Shown one piece after another: positions 23,575 to 34,400 of a stretch of 64,000 nt of DNA. The translations under genes and the position numbers were made by a program. How positions within the stretch are numbered: the stretch's first letter is position 1; each line of letters opens with the position of its first letter. The stretch comes from Thermoanaerobaculia bacterium (GTDB lineage: Bacteria; Acidobacteriota; Thermoanaerobaculia; Multivoradales; Multivoraceae), in the NCBI GenBank assembly GCA_963666565.1, contig OY762911.1:4192001-4256000 (forward strand). Direction: 5' to 3'. The notes beneath the pieces were generated by a model, which did no database searches, was not told where the DNA came from, and saw nothing but the letters and a program-made list of their open reading frames with translations.

Positions 23575-25323
23575 TCACGCTACACGACCGCTCAGCCCCA
23601 AGCCCCAAAGCCAGGCCACGACGGCGCCCAAGGGCACGTACCACGGCCACGCGAGCACCGCGCCGCCGGGGCCCTCCGCCCAACCCCACAAAGCCAGCAC
23701 GGCGCCGACGCCCAGGACCAGGAAGAGGCTGGCGCCGAAGCGGCCGCGGCCGTCCATGCGCAGCCAAGCCACAAGCAGCACGACGCCGCCGAGCAGGCAG
23801 ACCCAGCCGGCCGCCGGCTGGTGCCACACCGCGGCGAACACCGCGAGCGCCGAAAGCGGCCCGGACCACAGAAAGCCCCGTCCGTCCCGGCCGAACGGCG
23901 CCAGAGCCAAAGCCACGGCCGCCAGCAGCGCCCCGCCCGTGTACCCCGCCATCGCCAGCGCGAGGTCGAGCAGCGCGTCGTAGCGCGCCGCCACCGCGTC
24001 CATCGACAGCGACGTCAGGCCCAGCACGAGACCCCAGCCGAGCACCAGCAGCCGCGGCAGTCGCACGCCGGAGCGCAGCGCCCCGAAACCCCCTGCCGGC
24101 TCGGCGCTCCTGCCCATCCCGTCCGCTTGGCGGACTTCGCTCCCGGAACGTGCCCCGCCGGGTTCCGCGGCGCGAGGTCGCAGCAGGGCCGCGGTCGTCT
24201 GCGCGAGCGCCGCGAGGATCGAATCGAGGCTGGAAACGGCCGCCGCGAGCGCTCCGGCGACGACGAGCGCCTTCAGACCGACCGCCACCGCCTCGACCGC
24301 AAAGACCGCGAAGATCCGATCGGGCTGCTCCGCCACGATCTCGGCCGCAACGCCTCCGAGCGGCGCCTGCTCGTAGTAGGCCCACAGACCGATCCCGACG
24401 AGAGCGAACGAGAAGGAAACGAGCACGGAAACGCCGCTGGCCGCGACCGCCAGTTGCGCGTCCCGCGCGCTTCGGCAGCAGAACAGGCGCTGCGCCATCA
24501 ACTGGTCGGTGCCGAAGGCCGCGACGCCGCCGATCGTGGCGCCGATCAGCGCCGCCCACAGAGTGTACGGCGCGGTCAGCGACGCCGACAGGTCGAACAG
24601 CGCGAACTTCCCCTCGTTCCACGCCGCGGCGAGCGCCGGCGCCATGCCCGCCTCGAGTTCCCACGCGACGACGCCCAGACTGACCGCGACGCCCGCCACG
24701 AACAGCAGGAAGAGGACGACGTCCGTCCAGACCACCGCGGCGATGCCGCCCAGCCAGGTCCAGACGACGGCGATGACGACCACCGCCGCCACCGCCGCCA
24801 CGTGCGGCGGCACGCCCGTCGCGCGTTCCAGCCAACCCAGCTCCCGGTGCAGCAGAACGCCCAGCACGACCGCCGACAGGTAGACCCGCGCCGACTGCGC
24901 CAGGACGCCTCCGAGCCAGAACATGCCGGTCGCCGTCCGCCGCACCGATGCCCCCGCCGCGCCCAGCCGACGCTCGATCAGGTCGTACGGGCTCATCACG
25001 TCGTACCGGTAGTAGGCCGGGACGAGCAGCCACGCCACCAGGAACCGCGCCCCGAGATAGCCGAACAGCCCGATCTGCAGATACGTCAGGTTGCCGCCCG
25101 GCCGATGCACGATCGACGGCAGACTGATGTACGTGACCGCGCTGATCTCCGTCGCCACGAGCGACGCCGCGACCGCGTACCACGGCAGGTTCCGCGCACC
25201 TCCGAAGTAGTCGCTCTCCGTCTTCTGCCGCCTTGAGAGCGACCTCGCCATCACCGTGATGGCGACCAGCAACCCGAGCAGGATCAGCCAGTCGAGAACC
25301 CCGAAGTTACCGTTCAGACCCAC
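23575..25323 (-). CDS. Sodium:solute symporter family transporter
   Basis: DYFGGARNLPW, ATEISAVT, GGIAAVVWTD, GTDQLMAQR; many TM helices. Confidence 0.9.
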   Translation of the reverse strand: MGLNGNFGVLDWLILLGLLVAITVMARSLSRRQKTESDYFGGARNLPWYAVAASLVATEISAVTYISLPSIVHRPGGNLTYLQIGLFGYLGARFLVAWLLVPAYYRYDVMSPYDLIERRLGAAGASVRRTATGMFWLGGVLAQSARVYLSAVVLGVLLHRELGWLERATGVPPHVAAVAAVVVIAVVWTWLGGIAAVVWTDVVLFLLFVAGVAVSLGVVAWELEAGMAPALAAAWNEGKFALFDLSASLTAPYTLWAALIGATIGGVAAFGTDQLMAQRLFCCRSARDAQLAVAASGVSVLVSFSFALVGIGLWAYYEQAPLGGVAAEIVAEQPDRIFAVFAVEAVAVGLKALVVAGALAAAVSSLDSILAALAQTTAALLRPRAAEPGGARSGSEVRQADGMGRSAEPAGGFGALRSGVRLPRLLVLGWGLVLGLTSLSMDAVAARYDALLDLALAMAGYTGGALLAAVALALAPFGRDGRGFLWSGPLSALAVFAAVWHQPAAGWVCLLGGVVLLVAWLRMDGRGRFGASLFLVLGVGAVLALWGWAEGPGGAVLAWPWYVPLGAVVAWLWGLGLSGRVA

Positions 25324-25353
25324 GCCACGTCACTCGGCTCTGCACACGGTCCA

Positions 25354-25530
25354 GCCCACGGCGAGGCCGGTGGGAGGGGTCCCCGGCGGGCTCTGAACGA
25401 GCGACTCCCGGCACCCCCACCGAAACCGACGCCGAACCGGAGCGAGTGAAGCGAAGCGAGCGCCAACCTTCCCTCCTCCAAGAAAGCGGGAGCGGCCGCC
25501 GGGACCCCTCCCACCGGCCTCGCCGTGGGC
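25354..25530. repeat. Family B structured element, copy 3 (perfect 30-bp terminal inverted repeats)
   Basis: 25354-25383 is the reverse complement of 25501-25530. Confidence 0.9.
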
Positions 25531-25551
25531 GGGTTCATCCCGTGACGCCGC

Positions 25552-26613
25552 CTACTCGCCGCCGGCGTAAACGAGGCCTCGCGTACTCGTCGCCACGCGG
25601 TACAGCCCGGTGCGCGCCGTCATGTAGAGCGTGCTGCCGTCGCCGCCGAACGCCGTGTTCGCGGGCAGTTCCGCGGGCGCGATCGTGCCCAGGTGGCGGC
25701 CGTCGGGCGCGAAGACCATCACGCCGCCCGGGCCGGTCGCAAAGACGTTGCCGTCCACGTCGACGGCCAGGCCGTCCGGAGCGCCCGGCACGTCCACCAT
25801 GCCGCTGGCGTCGAAGAACATCTCGCCTTCGCCGAGGGTCAGGTCGTCGTTGACCGCGTACTTCTTCCAGTACCGGTTGGGCGCCGCGTCGGAGTTCGCC
25901 ACGTAGAGCGTCTTCTCGTCCGGGGACAGGCCGAGGCCGTTCGGTCGGGTCTGACCGGTCTCGAGCAACGTCACCGTGCCGTCCGGGTCCAGGCGGTAGA
26001 TGCCGTTGTGCGCCTGCTCCTTGTTCTCCGACGCGTCCTGGCCTTGCAGGCCGTACGGCGGATCCGTGAAGAACGCGGCGCCGCTCGAGTGGAACACGAT
26101 GTCGTTCGGGCTGTTCAGCTTCTTCCCGTCGTAGCTGCCGGCCAGGGTCGCCCGCTCGCCGTCCAGCGCCATCGCCGACACGACGCGGTTGCCGTGCTCG
26201 CACAGCACGAGGCGGCCGTCGGGGTGGAGCGCCAGCCCGTTCGACCCGCCCGTGCCGCCGGTGCCGGCGTCGTCGGGCAGGACCGGATCGAGGAACACGA
26301 CCGCGCCCTCGCCCTCGGACCAGCGGTAGACCTTGTTCTGCGGGATGTCGCTGAAGTACAGCCGGTCCGGGTCCCCCGGCACCCACACCGGACCCTCGGT
26401 GAACGTGAAGCCGTCCGCCACCTTCTCGACCACGGCGTCCGCGGGCACCAGGCCGTCCATCGCCGGATCGTTCCTCAGCACCGTGCCGTCGTTCGACATC
26501 TCTTCCATCGCCTCCTCCGCCGTCGTTTCCGCTTCCTCGCCGTCGCCGCCGTAGCCGCAACCAGCGGCTGCAACGACGGCCGCCATCGTCCATCCGGCCA
26601 ACGCCTTCTTCAT
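25552..26613 (-). CDS. SMP-30/gluconolactonase family lipoprotein
   Basis: Lipobox AAGC; FTEGPVW, LNSPND, FFTDPPYG, PNGLGLSPD, PDGLAVD. Confidence 0.92.
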   Translation of the reverse strand: MKKALAGWTMAAVVAAAGCGYGGDGEEAETTAEEAMEEMSNDGTVLRNDPAMDGLVPADAVVEKVADGFTFTEGPVWVPGDPDRLYFSDIPQNKVYRWSEGEGAVVFLDPVLPDDAGTGGTGGSNGLALHPDGRLVLCEHGNRVVSAMALDGERATLAGSYDGKKLNSPNDIVFHSSGAAFFTDPPYGLQGQDASENKEQAHNGIYRLDPDGTVTLLETGQTRPNGLGLSPDEKTLYVANSDAAPNRYWKKYAVNDDLTLGEGEMFFDASGMVDVPGAPDGLAVDVDGNVFATGPGGVMVFAPDGRHLGTIAPAELPANTAFGGDGSTLYMTARTGLYRVATSTRGLVYAGGE

Positions 26614-26703
26614 CCTCACCCCTCCTCGGGTCGAAGTCCTCCGTTCCGCGCAGAAGGACTCAGGATAGCAACCGGCATCCGGCGCCGGGCTATAGTCCCG
26701 CCG

Positions 26704-28032
26704 TTGCCCCCTTCGCCCGCCATGGCCGCCGCGCGAGCGCTTTCCGCCGCCGTGACGCCGCTCCGGGCGGGCCTGTTCGGCCTGGCCGCCGTCACCGCCT
26801 GCCAAACGACAGGACCACAGCCTCCAGGAATCGCGGTCCACATGTCCCCACCGAGACCGGCAGACCCGGCAGCAGCCGCGCCCGTGCTGCGCGACGGACC
26901 GCCTGAAGCGGCCGGCTTCGACCCGGAACGCCTGCGCCACGCAGCCGACCTGCTGGACAAGGCCGTCGCGGAGGGCGTCACGCCCGGCGGCGTCCTCCTG
27001 GTGGCCCGCCGCGGCACGGTCGTCCTCGAACACGGAGCCGGCTGGCTGACCCGCGACAGCGAGGCGCCCGCCGTCACCCCGTCCACCATCTACGACCTCG
27101 CCTCGCTGACCAAGGTCATCGCGACCACCGCCCTCGTCATGCGCCGCGTCGAGGCGGGCGACCTCCAGCTCGACGCCGCAGCCGCCTCGTATCTACCCGA
27201 ACTCGAAGAATCGCCCGTCGGCGGCGCCACGCTGCGGGACCTGCTGGCCCATTCGAGCGGCCTTCCCTGCTGCACCGAGTTCTTCCGCGAACTGGGCGAA
27301 GGCGTCGACCGGGACGAGGCCCGCGCCCACTACCTGGATCACATCGCCGCCGCGGGACTCGAAGCAGGGCCGCGCGAACGGGCGATCTACTCCGACCTGG
27401 GCGTGCTGCTTCTGGGCGAGATCCTGGAGCGCGGCGCCGGCAGGCCCCTGGACGAGCAGTTCCACGACGAGATCGCCGGTCCGCTCGGCCTCGAGTCGCT
27501 CTCCTACACGCCGGACCTGGGGCTCCTCGACCGGATCGCCCCGACCGAGGTCGACTCCTGGCGCGGCCTCCTCGTCCACGGCGAGGTCCACGACGAGAAC
27601 ACCCATGCGTTGGGCGGCATCGCCCCGCACGCGGGCCTGTTCGGCACCGCCCGCGATGTCGCGACCTTCGCCCAGGCGATGCTGAACGGCGGCGCCTACG
27701 GCCCGGCCCGGGTCGCGAGCGCCAGAACGGTCGCCCTCTTCACCCGCCGCGCAGGCCTCGTCCCCGGCAGCAGCCGCGCGCTGGGCTGGGACACGCCGTC
27801 CGAGCCAAGCTCCGCCGGCCGCTACTTCTCGACCCGCTCCTACGGCCACACCGGCTTCACCGGGACCTCGCTCTGGATCGACCCGGAACTGGACCTGATC
27901 GTCGTTCTGCTGACCAACCGGGTCCATCCGACCCGCGAGAACGTCGCGATCCGCGGGCTGCGGCCGGCGATCCACGACGCCGTCGCCCTGGCCATCGAGG
28001 ACGCGAAGATCGAGCCGCGCGAAGACGCTTGA
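26704..28032 (+). CDS. Serine hydrolase (class C beta-lactamase-related) lipoprotein; start TTG26704 or ATG26722
   Basis: Lipobox VTAC; YDLASLTK, YSD, GEVHDEN, HAGLF, GHTGFTGT. Confidence 0.9.
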   Translation: MPPSPAMAAARALSAAVTPLRAGLFGLAAVTACQTTGPQPPGIAVHMSPPRPADPAAAAPVLRDGPPEAAGFDPERLRHAADLLDKAVAEGVTPGGVLLVARRGTVVLEHGAGWLTRDSEAPAVTPSTIYDLASLTKVIATTALVMRRVEAGDLQLDAAAASYLPELEESPVGGATLRDLLAHSSGLPCCTEFFRELGEGVDRDEARAHYLDHIAAAGLEAGPRERAIYSDLGVLLLGEILERGAGRPLDEQFHDEIAGPLGLESLSYTPDLGLLDRIAPTEVDSWRGLLVHGEVHDENTHALGGIAPHAGLFGTARDVATFAQAMLNGGAYGPARVASARTVALFTRRAGLVPGSSRALGWDTPSEPSSAGRYFSTRSYGHTGFTGTSLWIDPELDLIVVLLTNRVHPTRENVAIRGLRPAIHDAVALAIEDAKIEPREDA

Positions 28033-28430
28033 AGGCGGCCGCCCAGCGGCAGCGTCCCGACGTTTGCCGAAGGCTCGACCACAGGCGCGCCGGACCTTGA
28101 GTCGACCACGATTCCGCTGACGAGCCGCGCCGACCCGACACGGCACCGCCCAAAGCTCCGCTCGGCGGTCGACGACACGGTGCTCCCGGCACTCGAAGAC
28201 GCCACCGTCGAACCCGGCTACGCCGGCTGAAACGGCGGGCGCAGGCACCGATCGTCGCCGCAAGCCCGCCACCATCTCGCCACACGTGAGCGGGCACGCT
28301 CCACGATCATGCGATCTCCACGCCCCGCTCGCGGTCTCATCGACGAGTGTCGGCTGGCATCTTCACCGTTTACACACTGATTACCTCATTCGTACACGTA
28401 TTCGCCACTCTCGGTTTGTATCATCCCCGG

Positions 28431-31400
28431 GTGGTTTCTGATAAGGGGAGAAGGCTTCCGCGGATCGCGGATCGCGGATCGCGGATCGCGGATCGCGGAT
28501 CGCGGATCGCGGATCGCGGATCGCGGATCGCGGATCGCGGATCGCGGATCCGTCGCACGCACCGCCAGCGGGTGACGACGATGCGGCGTCCCGCACGCTG
28601 GCGCAACACCGTTGCGTCACGGCCCAGGCGACGGGAGATGGCCTCCTCCAGTAGGGCCACGGGCCACGACGGAGACGGCGCCGGTCGTGGCGGGAACGCC
28701 CGGAACCGGCGGCGAACGGCTACGCCCGGAAACCGCGCGAAGCCGGACCTCCGCAGCGCCGGCGCACGCCTGAAACGGGCGCTTGCCCTGGCGTGCCTGT
28801 CAGCGCCGTGGTCGGCTGTTCCCCTAGCCGCCCAGACGCCCGACATCACGATCCACGAGATCAACCAGAACAGCGCGAAGGTCACTATCGCGGGCTACGA
28901 CGAGGCCTTCTTCCACCGGCAACGTGGCACAACCACATGCAGCCTCTACAGATACAGCAAGCTCACCAATCTGACCGCTGACACCAGCTACACCTACGAC
29001 TTCTTCGACACCCCCGGGCAGTGCAACTCCGGCTCATTGGGCAGCGCCACCTTCAGGACCCTCAAGTACTCGATGACTGTATCGCACAGCACCTACAGTT
29101 TCGTCCAGTTGACCCTCGGCGCGGACGTGAGCTGGTCCTACCAGGTGAGATCGCCCACCGTCGGCACCTGCTTCAACCAGGCGAAGAGCACCAAAGGAAG
29201 GCTGACTGGCCTGCAAGGCGGCACCTATTACCAAGCGAACGCGTACGCTCAACCGAATTGCGCCGGAAACCGCGTCGCCGCGGCGTACTTCACGACCCTG
29301 CCCCAGCCCACGCTCACCGCGAGCAGCGTGGAGGCCACCAGCGCCACGCTGACCATCGGCCACTGGGCCGACCAGTGGTCCATCAAGAAGACGACGGACA
29401 CGAACTGCGCCTCCATACACAACGGCACGACATTCAGCGCCGTCGGTCTCTCCGAGGGAACGTCCTATACCTACAAGGCCTATCGGACCGATTGCAGCAG
29501 CGAACTCGCCACCGAGACCTTCCTCACCAAGCCGGCGAAGACCACCGGCCTGTCCGCCGCCAGCCGCGCCAGGAGCCTCTATGTCTCATGGGATGCAATG
29601 ACCGGCGCCGCGAGCTACAAGGTGCAGTGGAAGTCGGGCACGGACAACTTCGGCACATCGCGCCAGAACACCGTCTCCTCCGGCACCAGCCACACCATCA
29701 CCGGCCTCACCAACGACACCACCTACACCGTCCGCGTCGCCGCGGTCAACGCCACCGGCGACGGCGCCTGGTCGGACGAGGTGTCGCGACCGGCGAAAGC
29801 GGTCACGCTCACCGCGAGCAACGTGGCGGAAGTCACCGCGACGCTGACCATCGCCAACTGGGGAGGGACGTGGTACCACAAGTACACCTCCCCAAGCGGC
29901 GGCACCTGCACGGCCGAAACGACGCTGGCGGCGTCGCTCACCACCACGGAGAACACGTCCTACACCTGGAAGGCCTACAGCGACTCCGGCTGCACAACGG
30001 AAATCGGCAGCGAGACCTTCAAGACGGTCTGGATCTCCGTCAACAGCAATACGGTCGGACATACCATCGCGCAGTTGGCCAATACCGGATGGTCGGGCAA
30101 TTGGTGGTCCAAGGGCGATCAGAGCGGCGCCACTTGCACCAGGGAAACCAGCTCGGTCGCCATCCTGAGGAACCTCACCAAGAACACGACCTACACCTAT
30201 ACGGGGTATCGGGCGGCCGGCTGCAACGCTGCAGACAAGATCGGCGATGCGACCTTCACGACCCTGGATTCGACCTACCTCTCGGCAACGAACAAGACGG
30301 AGTCCAAGTCGACGCTCGCCATCCACAATGTGCGTCATGGGCGAAAGTGGTGGTTCAAGGCCACATACGGACCCGTGTACAGGACCTGCACTGAGGCCGG
30401 CAGATTTCCCGCGGTCTCCTCGGTGGAGTTGACCGGCTTGAGAGAGCGCGTTCAAACCCAATACAAGGCTTACGACGCGGCTGGCTGCGCTGCGGACAAC
30501 GAGATCGCCAGCCTGCTCTTCTGGACGTTGTCGTTCGACTTGAGCACGCAAACTCTGGGAGTCGTACAGCTAGCCCTAAGCAATTGGCCGTCGGGCACAT
30601 GGTGGTACAAAGGCGATCAGAGCGGCGCCACCTGCACCAGCGAGACCTCGGCGGTCGCCATTGTTCGGAACCTGGAAAAAGAAACGAGCTACACCTACAC
30701 CGCCTACGGGGCGTCCGGCTGCAACGCCGCGGACAAGATCGGCGATGCCAGCTTCACGACTTGGGGCGACACGTCGCTGACCAAAAGCAGGCTGGAGTCG
30801 ACGAGCGTCCGGCTGCACTTGAACTATGTACGGGGCAGTACGCGGTGGTCCATCAAGGGCTCCCAGAGCGGCGACAAGTGCCGCGCGCTAGGCCAAGCCC
30901 ATTTCAACTGGGCAGACGTCACGGGCTTGACGGGGAACAGCAGCTATACCTACAAGGCGTACTCCTACGTCAACACTGATTGGCCCAATGTCTGCCGCGA
31001 CGCCAAGGAACTCGCCAACCTGACCTTCACGACCAAGCCGCCGAAACCCGCCAAGCCGACCACGACCAACGCTGGCAGCGGCAAGCTCACACTGGCGTCG
31101 TCGGTGGGCGGCGACGCGGCACTGACCAAATGGCAATTCAAGAAGTGGGCCCGAGGCACTTGGGATGCCAACTGGACCGACGTCACCTCCACGTCGAGGA
31201 CGCTGAGCCACACCGTCACCGGGCTGAGCGACCACAGGCCCGTCGCGTTCAAGGTTCAGGCGGTAAACGCCTCGGGCACGAGCGCGGAGTCCGCCCAGTC
31301 CCTCTATGCGTACCCCAGCGCCGCCCATCTGAAGGCGACCAACGTCAGCGCCTCTGGCGCGACACTCACCATTCAGTCCTGGACGCTGGCATGGTGGTAC

Positions 31401-34400
31401 CAGGGCAACCAGACCAACGCGGCCTGCACTTCGGTGGCCGCCAACACGAGCACTGCCACCCTGTCGAGTCTGGATGCCGGCACGGACTACACCTACAAGG
31501 CGTACTCCAAAGCGGGGTGCGCCGATGCGGACCAGATCGCCGCCCGGGGTTTCACGACCATACCGGCGAAGACCACGGGCGTCTCGACCGCGGCCTTGCA
31601 CCAGAAGCTCAAGGTGTCGTGGAACTCGATGGCTGGCGCCACGAGCTACAAGGTGCAGTGGAAGTCCGGCGCCCAGAACTACGACTCCGCCCGCTCCGCG
31701 ACCGTCAGCGGCACGAGCCACACCATCACCGGCCTCACCAACAGCACCGAGTACACCATGCAGGTCGCCGCCGTCAACGGCAGCGGCGACGGCGCATGGT
31801 CCGACGAGGCGAAAGGCACGCCCACCACGCCAACCCTCGCCGCCAGCGGCGTCACCGCCTCGGGCGCGACCCTCACCATCGGCAACTACACGGACGCATG
31901 GTGGTACAAGGGCAACCAGACCAACGCGGCCTGCACTTCGGTGGCCGCCGGCACGGCGTCTGCCACGCTGTCGGGCCTCGACGCCGGCACCAGCTACATC
32001 TACAAGGCGTACGCCACAGCCGGCTGCGACGCGATCTACCTGCTCGCCACCGCCACATCCTTCCTGACTCTGCCGGCGAAGACCACCGGCGTATCGGCAA
32101 CGGCGGCGAATACGTCGCTCAGCGTGTCATGGACCGCGGTCGCCAGCGCGACCAGCTACAAGGTGCAGTGGAAATCGGGCACCGAGCAGTACAACACCGG
32201 CAACCGGCAGGCAACGGTGACCAGCGGCACGCAACACACCATCACCGGCCTTGCCAACGGCACGGAGCACACCGTGCGCGTCACCGCCGTCAACGGCACC
32301 GGCGCCGGCGCCCCGTCCGACGAAGCGAAGGGCACCCCCACCGGCCCCACCCTGACCGCCGAAACCGTCCTTCAGAAGCAGGCCCGGCTGGCGATGTCCA
32401 ACTGGTCGGGGGATTGGTGGGTCAAGGGCGAACAGAACGGCGCCACCTGCATCAAGGGCACGACCAACACCGGCAAGGTCCAGTTCTCCGGGCTCACGGC
32501 CTCCACCACGTACACCTACAACGCCTACAGCGCTTCCGGCTGCGCCGCGAGCAACAAGATCACGCACGTGACCTTCACCACCCTCGCGCCGATTGCGCTC
32601 GCCTCCTCCAACATCACCACAACCAGCGCCACCCTGACCCTGTCGAATCTTGCCGGCGCCAGCGGCTGGCGCTACCAAGGCACCCAGAGCGGCGCGACCT
32701 GCACGTTGGACACCGACGCGGGCACGCAGAAGACCGCCGACATCACCGGCCTGGACGCGGGAACGTCCTACACGTACAACGCCTACGCCACGACCGACAT
32801 CCACTGCAACACGTCGATCGCCAGCCATACGTTCACGACGCTGCCGGCGAAGACCACGGGCGTTGCGGCGAAGACGCTCAGCGAGAAGCTGAAGATCACT
32901 TGGACGGCGGTGACCAGCGCGACGAGCTACAAGGTGCAGTGGAAATCGGGCGCCCAGAACTACGACTCGACCCGTCAGGCGACCGTCAGCAGCGGCACCG
33001 AATACACGATCACCGGCCTCACCAACGCCACCACCTACACGATCCAGGTCGCCGCGACCAACGGCAGCGGCGACGGCGCGTGGTCCGACGAGGCGACGGG
33101 CACCCCGGCGGCGGTCACGCTGACGGCGTCCAGCATCGGCTCGACCACCGCCACACTCACGATCGGCAACTACTCGGGCAACTGGTACTACAAGCACACC
33201 TCGCCATCCACCGGACCGGGAGCTTCCTGCTCCACCAGCGCCGTCACTGCGACGACGAAGGATCTGTCGAGCCTTGCGACCGGCACCAGCTACACGTATG
33301 CGGCTTACAGCGACAGTGCCTGCACTACGTTGCTGGCGACAGCGACGGCGTTCACCACCAAGCCGGGCAAGGTCGCGAACGTTGCCGCCACGGCGGCCCA
33401 CAATGCGCTGGATGTCGATTGGGACGCCGAGACGGGGGCAACGTCGTACAAGGTCCAGTGGAAGTCGGGAGTGCAAACCTGGGACGCCACCAACCGCCAG
33501 CAGACCTCCAGCACCGACTCCACGACCATCTCGACGTTGACCAACGGCACGCAGTACACCATCCGCGTCGCGGCGGTGAACGGCACCGGCGACGGCGAAT
33601 GGTCGGACGAGGCAACCGGCACCCCGGCCATCACGCTGACGGTGTCGGCCATCGAGGCCACCACGGCAACGCTGACGATCAGCGACCACAGCAGCGGCTG
33701 GTATTACAAGTACACGACCCCCAACGGCGGCACCTGCTCTTCGCAAGTCTCCACCGCCTCGACCAGCGTCACGTCGCTGGCGACCGGCACGAGCCACACG
33801 TTCAAGGCCTACAGCGACAGTACCTGCACGACGGTGACCGCCACCGCCACGGCATTCACCACCAAGCCCGGCAAGGTGTCGAACGTCTCGACCACGGCAG
33901 CGAGCAAGGCGCTGGATGTCGATTGGGACGCGGAGACGGGGGCCACGTCGTACAAGATTCAGTGGAAGTCGGGAGCTCAGACCTGGGACGCCACCAACCG
34001 GCAGCAAACCTCCACCACCACATCCACGACCCTTTCAACCCTCATCAACGGGACCCAGTACACGATCCGCGTGGCGGCGGTGAACGGCAGCGGCAACGGC
34101 GCCTGGTCCGACGAGGCGACCGGCACTCCGGCCGTCTCACTGACGGTGTCCGCCATCGAAGCCAGCTCGGCGACGCTGACGATCAACGACCACAGCGGCG
34201 GGTGGTACTACAAGTACACGATCCCCAGCGCCGGCACTTGCTCTTCGCAGGTCTCCACCGCCTCGACCAGCGTCACGTCGCTGGCGACCGGCACGAGCCA
34301 CACCTTCAAGGCCTACAGCGACAGCGCCTGCACCACGGAACTCGCGACGGCAACGGCGTTCACCACCAAGCCCGGCAAGGTGTCGAACGTTGCGACCACG

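Noticed and set aside
15359-28032. Antibiotic-resistance interpretation of the MBL-fold and class C-like proteins
   Set aside because: Both folds include many non-resistance hydrolases; there is no mobile context and activity cannot be inferred from sequence.
28033-28418. Intergenic stretch before the adhesin as a possible small gene or riboswitch
   Set aside because: No convincing start signal, domain, or recognisable RNA motif.
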